Shown piece by piece: positions 39,613 through 47,954 of a stretch of 64,000 nt of DNA. The stretch is from assembly GCA_963846195.1 (NCBI GenBank), contig CAWJVG010000015.1, positions 356 through 64,355 of the forward strand. The letters are read 5' to 3'. The notes under the pieces were generated by a model, which did no database searches, was not told the DNA's origin, and saw only the letters and a program-made list of their open reading frames with translations. How positions within the stretch are numbered: position 1 is the first letter of the stretch; each line of letters begins with the position of its first letter. The stretch is from an uncultured Verrucomicrobiae bacterium. Lineage in GTDB: Bacteria > Verrucomicrobiota > Verrucomicrobiia > Chthoniobacterales > JAFAMB01. A program made the position numbers and the translations under genes.

Positions 39613-40848
39613 CTACAGACCCAGTATGTTTCGTCTGAGCATCTCCAGTGCATGCTGGGTGCAGATCCGCTTGAAGGAGAGGCGGTCGGTTGGAAAAAAT
39701 TCTTTTTCGACCAGGGTCGGAGAACCGCGACTTGCCAACCCGATAAAGACGGTTCCAACCGGTTTCTGATCGGTGCCGCCGTCCGGGCCCGCGATTCCGG
39801 TTGTCGAGAGAGCATAGGCTGCTCCACTACGCTTCAAAGCGCCCTCAGCCATCGCTCGAGCGACTTCCTCGCTCACGGCCCCCACAGTGGAAAGTAGTTC
39901 CGCAGAAACACCCAGGGTTCGCATTTTCGCGTCGTTCGAGTAAGTGACGTTTCCCTCGATAAACACGAGCGATGACCCGGGGACGTCGGTGATGCGGTTG
40001 GCCAAAAGTCCTCCCGTGCAGGACTCGGCAACCGCGAGGGTGGCCTTGTTCGCTGCCAGGAGTCCGACGATGACATCTTCCAGGTTTTTCTCCTCGGTTG
40101 TGACGATGTAGGGTCCCAGCCGACTTTCGATCAGTTGACTCGCCTCATTGACAGCGGCTTGAGACCCGATCACCCGGACATCCACTTCTCCCATTCGCGC
40201 GCAGTAGCCGAGTTCCAATCCTGAAATGGCCAGGAGTCCGTTTCCGACGATTCTCTCCACCTGAGATTCGCCCAGGCCCGTCGTCCGATAGGTTTTTGCT
40301 TTTAGATCATGATCGCCAGCCAGGGATCGCAAGATCGGTAAAGCGTAGGTATTGAACATCGGCCGCAGTTCGCGAGGCGGACCAGGAAAAAGAAAGAGAT
40401 GCGGAATGCCTTTTTGCGCCGGAATATGAAGGCCGGGCGCCGTCCCGTGATCGTTTGGAAGGACTGCTGCGCCTTCCGGCACATAAGCTTGTCTCGCAGT
40501 GCGATCCGTCATTCTGATTCCGCGTTTTTTGAAGCGTTCGCTGATCATCTGGAAAATGGAGTCGTCATACCGCAGCGGGCGATCAGTCAATTCCGAGACG
40601 ATCTCTCTGGTGATGTCGTCCGTAGTCGGACCCAGACCGCCGGTCACGAGAATGACGTCGCATCGGTTGGCGGATTCTGTGATTGCATCGCGGATCGACT
40701 CGCCATCCGGGATGGTTGATTGCCGCTGCACACGCAACCCAATCGGAAAGAGCTGTTGGGCCAGAAAAGAGAGGTGAGTATTCAGCACGCTGCCAAAAAG
40801 GAGTTCCGTGCCAGTGTTTAGCACTTCAACCCGCGCGGCGGAGCTCAT
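39613..40848 (-). CDS. cinA: CinA-family protein (MoCF-like N-domain + PncC nicotinamide-nucleotide amidase C-domain)
   Basis: RVEVLNTGTELLFG...VILVTGGLGPTTDDITRE, with C-terminal AESCTGGLLA...GIAGP. The start overlaps the upstream stop (ATGA). Confidence 0.85.
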   Translation of the reverse strand: MSSAARVEVLNTGTELLFGSVLNTHLSFLAQQLFPIGLRVQRQSTIPDGESIRDAITESANRCDVILVTGGLGPTTDDITREIVSELTDRPLRYDDSIFQMISERFKKRGIRMTDRTARQAYVPEGAAVLPNDHGTAPGLHIPAQKGIPHLFLFPGPPRELRPMFNTYALPILRSLAGDHDLKAKTYRTTGLGESQVERIVGNGLLAISGLELGYCARMGEVDVRVIGSQAAVNEASQLIESRLGPYIVTTEEKNLEDVIVGLLAANKATLAVAESCTGGLLANRITDVPGSSLVFIEGNVTYSNDAKMRTLGVSAELLSTVGAVSEEVARAMAEGALKRSGAAYALSTTGIAGPDGGTDQKPVGTVFIGLASRGSPTLVEKEFFPTDRLSFKRICTQHALEMLRRNILGL

Positions 40849-41669
40849 TTTGAGTCCAGAAGGTGAATCCATTGCTTAATCATCTTTTGCGCCGGAGCGT
40901 TTTGTTCTTGTTGGAAGACGTACAAAAGGTTTGCCAACATGCGGATCAAGATCAATTTGGGTTGAGCGGCCTGAAGGTGGTCTCGTTGCAATGTTTGCTT
41001 TTGAGAAGATAAAATCTGTGCGCAATCGCTGGGCATTAAGAGGCGTCCTTCGTGGAACGGATCAAGCAGGACCCCGCCGTGTCGAACCACGAAGTGGCCG
41101 GGCAAATTGATTCCATCGACTCGGATATCAGCTCCTCGGCCAACAATCATGTACAGGAGCGAAAGCGAAATCGGGATGCCAAGCCGGGAATCCATCACAC
41201 AGGGAAGAAGAGAATTCCGCGCGTCGTAATAGTCGTCCTCGTTACCGCGCAATCGGAGCTCCTTGCCGAAAAATTGCGACATGGCGACGGCTCGCGCGGT
41301 ATCTGAATCGCAGCCCGCCAGGCGGTCACGCAGCTCGTGGCTCCACGTCTCGATGGTTTCCTGATACGGGTACACATCGACGCAAGGCTGAAAGATCTGG
41401 GCTAGATACCAGGACGCCCGCTCCAGGTCGACCAGATCAGAAATTGTTCGGCAGATTTCTTCGAATCTCTTTTTGGCCTGCCGTACTTCAATTTCCGAAA
41501 GAATTTCGCGGACATGAACCGTGACCAATTGATCATCGGTCGCCAACAGATCGCGCAGGTCCGCAATGGCGTTAGCCCCTCCTTGAAGCAGTTGCTGCTT
41601 CGTGAGGTTGACTGTTTCCGGATCGCTGTCTTTGAGGAGCCGAATGATGGCCTCACGCTGCTTGAACAT
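40845..41669 (-). CDS. SirB1/YchA-like transglutaminase-fold + TPR protein
   Basis: The pattern GNEDDYYDARNSLLPCVMDSRLGIPISLSLLYMIVGRGADIRVDGINLPGHFVV is typical of UPF0162/SirB1 N-domains. Confidence 0.6.
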   Translation of the reverse strand: MFKQREAIIRLLKDSDPETVNLTKQQLLQGGANAIADLRDLLATDDQLVTVHVREILSEIEVRQAKKRFEEICRTISDLVDLERASWYLAQIFQPCVDVYPYQETIETWSHELRDRLAGCDSDTARAVAMSQFFGKELRLRGNEDDYYDARNSLLPCVMDSRLGIPISLSLLYMIVGRGADIRVDGINLPGHFVVRHGGVLLDPFHEGRLLMPSDCAQILSSQKQTLQRDHLQAAQPKLILIRMLANLLYVFQQEQNAPAQKMIKQWIHLLDSK

Positions 41670-41680
41670 CGGCGTAGAAA

Positions 41681-42028
41681 TTAAGAAACCAGATTGAGAC
41701 GCGGGGCGTCGCTCCACAAGCTTTCAAGCGCATAGAATTCGCGTTTTTTGTGGAGAAAAATGTGCACCAGCACTCCCGAATAATCCATTACCAGCCATTG
41801 ACTCGCGACGGAACCTTCCGATGCCAGCGGAGAGATTTGTGCATGCTCCCTGATTCCCTCCCGGATTCCGCTGTTGATCCCCTTAAGATGAGGTTCTGAG
41901 GTCCCGGAGCAGATCACAAAAAAATCAGTGAAAGACGATATGCCGCGCAGGTCAAGAACCACGATGTCCTCAGCCTTCTTATCTTCGGCCAATCGAACGC
42001 AAAGGCGTGCTAACTCGTCAGCTCCGAT
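41681..42028 (-). CDS. rsfS: ribosomal silencing factor RsfS (start codon unresolved)
   Basis: KKAEDIVVLDLRGISSFTDFFVICSGTSEPHLKGI...WLVMDYSGVLVHIFLHKKREFYALESLW. See the finding on the start codon. Confidence 0.75.
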   Translation of the reverse strand: MGADELARLCVRLAEDKKAEDIVVLDLRGISSFTDFFVICSGTSEPHLKGINSGIREGIREHAQISPLASEGSVASQWLVMDYSGVLVHIFLHKKREFYALESLWSDAPRLNLVS

Positions 42029-42608
42029 ACTTCTCTCCCTGATAAAGTTTTCTCTCTTGGATATAACGCATGACGTTGTCCGGAACCAGATACGAAATAG
42101 ACAAATCATTGGCAACCCTGTTTCTGATTTCGGTCGACGATAGATCAAACCGCCGCCGGACAACCGGATACCCGACCTTCAGGGGCAGATCCGAACGACT
42201 CAGGATCGCGAACCGCACCAGCTTGTCCAATTCCTCGAACTCGTTCCACTTTGACAAGGTTTCCACATGATCTTCGCCGACCAGGAAGAAAAGAGTATCG
42301 GCCGGATGTTTTGCTTGGTACGCCCTTGCGGTGTCGATCGTGTAAGAGGGGGCTTCTCGGTCGATCTCAAGAGGATCGACAATAAACGCGAGTTCATCCA
42401 GAATGGCGAGTTGGACCATCGCAAGGCGGTCAGCGGCCGATGCGCTGGAGTGATTCATCTTGAACGGAGACTCAGCGGCCGGAATGAAAATCACGCGATC
42501 GAGCGACAAATCTTCCAAGGCTTGCCGCGCAAGTATCAGGTGCCCGTGATGAATCGGGTCGAACGAACCCCCGTATAGCCCAAGTCTCAACATTCCGTAA
42601 TGTAGCAT
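42018..42608 (-). CDS. nadD: nicotinate-nucleotide adenylyltransferase
   Basis: LGLYGGSFDPIHHGHL motif in 196 aa. The start could instead be the MLRLG Met, 15 nt downstream. Confidence 0.9.
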   Translation of the reverse strand: MLHYGMLRLGLYGGSFDPIHHGHLILARQALEDLSLDRVIFIPAAESPFKMNHSSASAADRLAMVQLAILDELAFIVDPLEIDREAPSYTIDTARAYQAKHPADTLFFLVGEDHVETLSKWNEFEELDKLVRFAILSRSDLPLKVGYPVVRRRFDLSSTEIRNRVANDLSISYLVPDNVMRYIQERKLYQGEKYRS

Positions 42609-42703
42609 AGGGCTTCCAACCTGTAGTTGCCCCCAACTACAGGCTACGCCGCAGCTACCCGGGAAAAGGTTGGTTAACGACGGGGGGAACGGTAAAATCC
42701 GGC

Positions 42704-43804
42704 ATGGAACGAACCAACCTAGGTCAGCTTTTGCTTGTTGGTGTGCCCGGACTCGAGCTTGAGCCTGAGACGGCCCGTCTTTTCCGCGAGGTGCAACCAG
42801 GAGGGTATATTCTCTTCGGACGCAATATCCGGTCTGCGTCGCAGCTTCGTAAACTCATCGATGATCTCCGGGATCTTTCGCAGATCGAGCCGATTATTAG
42901 CATTGACCAGGAAGGAGGCAGGGTTTCGCGGCTTAAACTGATCGGCAACGAGCCGCCCAACGCGCAACAGCTCAGAAAAAAGCGCGATCCGGCCCTGATT
43001 CGGGAACATGGCCGGTTGACCGGTGAGTTGTTGCGTCTGTTCGGTTTTAACCTGGACCTTTGTCCGGTCCTGGACATTTCTTTTGACGACGACGCCGACA
43101 ACTCGCTTCGCGGCCGATGTTACGGGACTTCCGTGGAAGAAGTGATCGCGTTCGCCGGCGGATTCAACGAATCCCTGCTGGAAACCGGGATTTTATCCTG
43201 CGGAAAGCACTTCCCTGGTTACGCCGCCGCGGCGCTCGACCCGCATCACGAGCTGCCTCGCATTGATCGGAGCCGCGACGAACTGGACCGGACAGAACTC
43301 GCGATCTTTCGGGAGTTCGCGCAAAGGGTCAGCAGCATGATGGTCTGTCATGCGTGGTATCCGGCACTCGATCCCGTAAAGACACCGGCTTCGTTGTCTC
43401 GTTCGATTGTGACTGATCTTCTAGTCTCCGAGTTCGAATTCGACGGGCTGATCATGACGGACGACCTCGACATGGGCGCGATCACGAACGAATCAGGATT
43501 CACAGCAACCATCGAACGGGCGATGCTGGCGGGTAACCATCTGGCGATGATTTGCCACCGTGTCCATTTGCTCGAAGAAGCGCGTGCGGCTCTTGAGACG
43601 GTGGCGCGGTCCTCTCTCGACCGTGCCCTGGCCGGGGTTGAGCGGTTCAAACGAAAGATGACAGCACCAAAACCCTATTCCGAAGAACGGTTCCGCTCCC
43701 TCGACCACCAGGTCTGGGAATTGCGCGTTGCCACCCTCGGGGCCGAGGCCGCAGCGCTCCGCAGTCCCGACGACGGAAAGCGTTCGCCGGTCGAAATGTA
43801 CTGA
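42704..43804 (+). CDS. nagZ: beta-N-acetylhexosaminidase (GH3, NagZ-like)
   Basis: ISIDQEGGRVSRL, KHFPGYAAA and LIMTDDLDMGA motifs. Confidence 0.85.
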   Translation: MERTNLGQLLLVGVPGLELEPETARLFREVQPGGYILFGRNIRSASQLRKLIDDLRDLSQIEPIISIDQEGGRVSRLKLIGNEPPNAQQLRKKRDPALIREHGRLTGELLRLFGFNLDLCPVLDISFDDDADNSLRGRCYGTSVEEVIAFAGGFNESLLETGILSCGKHFPGYAAAALDPHHELPRIDRSRDELDRTELAIFREFAQRVSSMMVCHAWYPALDPVKTPASLSRSIVTDLLVSEFEFDGLIMTDDLDMGAITNESGFTATIERAMLAGNHLAMICHRVHLLEEARAALETVARSSLDRALAGVERFKRKMTAPKPYSEERFRSLDHQVWELRVATLGAEAAALRSPDDGKRSPVEMY

Positions 43805-43810
43805 GGAGAA

Positions 43811-43948
43811 GTTGTCGGTTGTCAGTTGCTAGTTGTCAGCGGGGGAGCAGCGAAATTGGAAGGACCAAGCCCTTTAGGCGCGAAGCACAGACCCGTTCTC
43901 GGGAGGTTCAGCCAACTGCCGACTGGTAACTCGCCACTGACAACTGCC
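43811..43948. repeat. Inverted pair of heptamer arrays (GTTGTCR x4 facing YAACTGN x5)
   Basis: gttgtcggttgtcagttgctagttgtca (43811-43838) and caactgccgactggtaactcgccactgacaactgc (about 43912-43948), in the nagZ to zinc-ribbon spacer. Confidence 0.65.
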
Positions 43949-44015
43949 AGCTTCCTCCAAATTCTTTCTACTGGAAATCAGCCCCTGTTCCCGGCTAAAT
44001 TCAGCTTATTTTCCA

Positions 44016-44720
44016 ATGCTAAAAGAGATCGAGCAGTTGCTACTTCTTCAGGAACGAGACCAAAAAATCAAGATGTACAGAGCGGAACTTGAGACAGTTC
44101 CGTTCGAGCAACAGCGGATCGACCAGTTTGTCGCAGCGAAAAGCAACGCTTTTGAACAACTCAGACAACGAAGCCGCGACGTTGAGGTTCAGAGAAAACG
44201 GCTCGAGCTGGACGCGCAAACTCGACGGGATTCAATTGCCAAGTACAAAACGCAGCAATACCAGACCCGCAAGAACGACGAATTCCAGGCCATCAGCCAG
44301 GAGATTCACCGTTTTGAGCAGGAGATCGAGCGAATCGAGGATCACGAGATCGAGTTGATGGAACAAACCGAGCAGTTCCAGAAAGAAGCAGTGTATGCGG
44401 AGCTCGAATTGAAAACCGCGAAACGACAATCCGAAGTGCAACACGCGGATTTGAAGAAAAAAGAGTCCACCTTGGGGGAACGTTTGAAACAGGCTGAGGT
44501 TGATCGCGAACAGCTCACGCAGGGGCTCGATCCGGACCTCCTGTTTCAATACACGCGCCTCTTCGCGACCAAAGGCGGGAACGCGGTTGTCCCGGTTGAA
44601 CACGAATTTTGTATGGGCTGTCATATGAAAAATACGACGGCCCTGGTGCATCGGGCAAAATTGGCTCTTGATATCGTCCATTGTCAGCAATGCGGGCGTA
44701 TTCTCTACTACGCAGACTGA
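44016..44720 (+). CDS. coiled-coil protein with C-terminal zinc ribbon (COG1579-like)
   Basis: A long heptad-rich region, then CMGCHMKN...CQQCGRILY (C4 zinc ribbon). Confidence 0.7.
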   Translation: MLKEIEQLLLLQERDQKIKMYRAELETVPFEQQRIDQFVAAKSNAFEQLRQRSRDVEVQRKRLELDAQTRRDSIAKYKTQQYQTRKNDEFQAISQEIHRFEQEIERIEDHEIELMEQTEQFQKEAVYAELELKTAKRQSEVQHADLKKKESTLGERLKQAEVDREQLTQGLDPDLLFQYTRLFATKGGNAVVPVEHEFCMGCHMKNTTALVHRAKLALDIVHCQQCGRILYYAD

Positions 44721-44723
44721 CGC

Positions 44724-45350
44724 ATGGCCACGCAAAGTCGACGAGCAGGCTGCGGATGTTGCGGCTGTTTTTTTACCACTTGCCTGTTGCTGCTCGTCTT
44801 GATGCTGGTCGGAGTCGGATTCTTCTATTTTAAAGCGGCAAACAATCTGAACCGAGTTGCAGCGAACCGTGTTGGTGCTTTACCCGCTACGACTTTCAAC
44901 CGGCAGACCTACACGACTGCCAGGCAGAAGTTTGACCATTTTTTTGCCGATGCAGCGGAGCGGAGCGTAACGCTTTCGAATGCTGAAGTGAACGCGCTCC
45001 TCGCCGACTCTCCCGAATTGAGCATCTTGAGGCGTGGCACAACCGTCATTCTTAATCAGAGTTCCGCAGAAGTGGAGTGCAGCCTGCCCTTGGATATTCC
45101 GTTGCTGCCGCGTCGTTATTTAAATTGCACCTTCGAGATGCGTCTATCGATGCGCGGAGAGGATTTGGAGTTGGACGTTTCGCGGATCGAAACGGAAGGT
45201 AAAACCCTGGGAGCGGCGGACGTCCGCGAGTATCGGCAGGTGGTCGTACCCCTCATGGAAAGGACGTTGTCCAGCTTGAACAAGATCCAGGGGGATCGAG
45301 CGGTGCGCGATGTTCGAGTCGAAAACGGCACCCTGGTGCTTTCGCGGTAA
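44724..45350 (+). CDS. membrane-anchored hypothetical protein with Cys-rich N-terminus
   Basis: MATQSRRAGCGCCGCFFTTCLLLLVLMLVGVGFFYF, followed by a soluble domain. I recognise no family. Confidence 0.5.
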   Translation: MATQSRRAGCGCCGCFFTTCLLLLVLMLVGVGFFYFKAANNLNRVAANRVGALPATTFNRQTYTTARQKFDHFFADAAERSVTLSNAEVNALLADSPELSILRRGTTVILNQSSAEVECSLPLDIPLLPRRYLNCTFEMRLSMRGEDLELDVSRIETEGKTLGAADVREYRQVVVPLMERTLSSLNKIQGDRAVRDVRVENGTLVLSR

Positions 45351-45525
45351 GCAGCTACGAATTTGAACACGCCGCCATTTCACAGAATACTGAAACGGCA
45401 GTCCAAGACAACGGCAGGCCCGTTTTGGACATTCGCCGTAGACGCTGTAATCTTTATCTAGAAGTAGAGCAAAGCGTCCCGCTTTGCCTCTTAACTCTTA
45501 ACCTAAATTGCGAATCTGAAAGTCT

Positions 45526-45600
45526 GAAACCACAGATTAGAGTATGGGAGAATACAGAGCCCAACCCCAGGGTTTTAGTAATCTATGAAATCTGTGGTTT
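45526..45600. repeat. CCACAGAT-word hairpin (gaaaccacaga / tctgtggttt, about 54 nt loop)
   Basis: Arms at 45527-45536 and 45591-45600. The right arm overlaps the stop codon of the PNPOx-like gene. A GCAAAGCG hairpin lies at 45469-45487 just upstream. Confidence 0.6.
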
Positions 45601-46175
45601 AACACTTTCTTATCTCCGCACCATTGTGACCTGACTCTATCCCTTCGAGCTGGTCGACCGACTGACTGTTGTGTTTCAACCGGTAATCGAGGAGTGCTTC
45701 TTCTCCCTTGTGTTCGGCCCAGGCCTCGAGTTGAGAGCGATGGCCGCGAAAATCAAACAAAGGCACTCCGTACCCGCAAGAGTCGGAGATTCGGGTCAAA
45801 TGGACCTTGATGAATGACCGAATACCGACCGTGGACCGGAAAATCGCGCGGAGTTGTCCGAACTCCGGATGTTTGGTCTCGATGACTTCTCCGCGACCGT
45901 GGAGGCGCACGATTTTCGGAGCCCCGTCGAAGGCGCAAAACATCAGCACGATCCGTTCGTTTTCTTTCACGTGCGCGATGGTCTCCACGCCGCTGCCGGT
46001 CAAATCCAGGTAGGCAACCGTTCGTTTATCAATTACTCGAAAGGATTCGCCATCTTTGGGCGAACAATTGACATGGCCTTCCGGAGAAAGAGGCGCAGGT
46101 TGCCACGAAAAAAACCTTTTGAGCCAAAAGCCAATCTTTCAACTTTGAGTCGATCGATTCGTAGAGTTTACCCAT
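45599..46175 (-). pseudogene. pyridoxamine 5-prime-phosphate oxidase-family (FMN-binding split barrel) protein with one +1 frame break near 46097
   Basis: The N-terminus MGKLYESIDSKLKDWLLAQKVFFVAT (ORF 46029..46478 frame) continues as APLSPEGHVNCSPKDGESFRVIDKRTVAYLDLTGSGVETIAHV in the ORF 45599..46003 frame. The length is 3n+1. Confidence 0.75.
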
Positions 46176-46308
46176 AAAGTGAAACGGAGATTCAATCTCT
46201 GTGGAAGCGAGACGGCGTTTGGCCGATGAACTGACACTGACACTGACACTGGTAACCGACAACTCCGTATTTACAGTCGCGAAATTACCGTTTAGGTCTC
46301 TTTTGTCG

Positions 46309-47433
46309 ATGCCTCCCCGCCAAAAATCAGCCAAGACTTCTGAACCCTCGAATGTATTCGCGGTCATAGGGTCAGACGAAGGGGAAACCAAACGACGGGC
46401 CAGAGAACTGGCGGGTGAACTTACGCCTGAGCAAGGTGGGGATTTTGGTGTGGATACCATTGACGGGATGGCAGACAACGCAGAACAAGCGGTTCTGCGA
46501 ATCCGCCAGGCGAAGGAGGCGATTCAGACGCTCCCATTTTTTGGTCGTGAGAAGCTGGTTTGGCTGAAGAATGTGAACTTCCTGGCGGACAGTCCCACGA
46601 GTCGCTCCGCGGCTGTGCAAGAGGCTCTGGAAGAGCTCAAAGATGTTCTGAGTCATGGGCTTCCGGATGGGGTTCGTTTCTTGTTGAGCGCTTCCGAGAT
46701 CGATAAACGGCGCAGCTTTTATAAGTCGCTCGGCAAATTTGCGAAGGTTGAGCAGTTTGACAGAATCGATCTGACCCGGCCAGGGTGGGAGGAGGAGGTC
46801 CAGGAGGTCGCGCACCGGTTGGCTGGTGAGCTGAACCTGGAATTTGAACCGGAAGCGTTGGAGATATTTGCCCGCCTTGCCGGCGGCGATGGCCGCCAAC
46901 TGCGAAACGAACTCGAAAAGATCGATCTGTATCTCGGTGACAAGCGGACGATCCCGACGGACGTCGTCCGAGCGTTGGTCGCGAAATCGACCAGTGGCGT
47001 AATCTGGGAGCTTGGTACCTGCATCTCGAAGCGGCAATTAGGAGAGAGCCTCACCCTCTTGGACCAATTGATATTTCAAGGAGAGACGCCCATCGGAATC
47101 CTATACGCCGCAATTATCCCGACCGTACGAAATCTGCTCGTCACGAAGGAGCTGTTCCTGCGGTACCAACTCCCTCCTCCGCAGTCGCCCTTTCAATTCA
47201 ATTCCATTCTCGCGGGACTGCCTGAAGAGGCGATTCGCCATCTTCCCCGAAGGAAAGATGGCGGAATAAACGCCTACGGGCTCGGAGCGGCTGCGTTCGA
47301 GGCGCGCCGTTTTCAATTAGCCGAATTAATTGAGGGTTTCGAATCCTGTCTGAAAGCGAACATTCAGCTCGTGACCACCCAACTCGAGCCGAAGCTGATC
47401 CTCAGCCAGTTACTGGTCAAAATCATTGCTTAG
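46309..47433 (+). CDS. holA: DNA polymerase III delta subunit
   Basis: About 374 aa. The N-terminal pattern VFAVIGSDEGETKRRA...LPFFGREKLVWLKN and the C-terminal helical domain are typical of HolA. Confidence 0.75.
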   Translation: MPPRQKSAKTSEPSNVFAVIGSDEGETKRRARELAGELTPEQGGDFGVDTIDGMADNAEQAVLRIRQAKEAIQTLPFFGREKLVWLKNVNFLADSPTSRSAAVQEALEELKDVLSHGLPDGVRFLLSASEIDKRRSFYKSLGKFAKVEQFDRIDLTRPGWEEEVQEVAHRLAGELNLEFEPEALEIFARLAGGDGRQLRNELEKIDLYLGDKRTIPTDVVRALVAKSTSGVIWELGTCISKRQLGESLTLLDQLIFQGETPIGILYAAIIPTVRNLLVTKELFLRYQLPPPQSPFQFNSILAGLPEEAIRHLPRRKDGGINAYGLGAAAFEARRFQLAELIEGFESCLKANIQLVTTQLEPKLILSQLLVKIIA

Positions 47434-47494
47434 CAGTGGTAGGGCGAGGCTCCGTCCGAGCCTGGGACGACGGGCCACGCAAGACTGCGAATTC

Positions 47495-47611
47495 GAGAAC
47501 GATTACGATTGCAGAAAATCCACGCCATAGTCCCACTAGACCAAAGTTATCCAAGATCGTTGGTTGTCTCTCTTTTCATCGCCTTGAGCTTCTCCAATCG
47601 TAATCGTCCTC
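47495..47611. repeat. GATTACGA-armed inverted repeat (17 bp arms, about 83 nt loop)
   Basis: gagaacgattacgattg (47495-47511) faces caatcgtaatcgtcctc (47595-47611), with one mismatch. Confidence 0.7.
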
Positions 47612-47710
47612 CTCCTCGAAGTCTTTTGGGGTGCGGCGGCGCCACGAGCCGCGGCCCTACCCGGAACCTCGCCGTACCAAGAGCGTTCCCTGGAATGTTC
47701 AAGAGCGTTC

Positions 47711-47875
47711 CTATTGAGACGTGGAGGTCTCGGCCGGCTTTTGAGGTGACGATCCAGGCGGCCAGTCGTACTCGCTGGTACATGACGCGAGGAAAAACGC
47801 CACGCCGAGGAAAAGCAAAATGCCAGGCATGCTTGCCATCGACAAGACTCGTCCCGTTGAATCGGTTTCTCTCAT
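47711..47875 (-). CDS. candidate small lipoprotein downstream of uvrB
   Basis: MPGILLFLGVAFFLASC carries a lipobox within the tail of ORF 47711..48001. The start could be 47875, 47839 or 47830. Confidence 0.3.
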   Translation of the reverse strand: MRETDSTGRVLSMASMPGILLFLGVAFFLASCTSEYDWPPGSSPQKPAETSTSQ

Positions 47876-47907
47876 TTCCGTCGTTATACTCCATCGCTTC
47901 CGGATTC

Positions 47908-47952
47908 CGCAACTCCTGAACTCCTGCAACTCCTGACTCCTGAGTTCTGACT
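47908..47952. repeat. Solo arm of the CTCCTGA-word repeat abutting the uvrB stop
   Basis: cgcaactcctgaactcctgcaactcctgactcctgagttctga ends 3 nt before the uvrB stop codon at 47955-47957. Confidence 0.7.
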
Positions 47953-47954
47953 TA

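Noticed and set aside
46372-47037. 221 aa ORF antisense to holA, and similarly 20116..20805 antisense to glgC
   Set aside because: These are shadow ORFs opposite confidently assigned genes.
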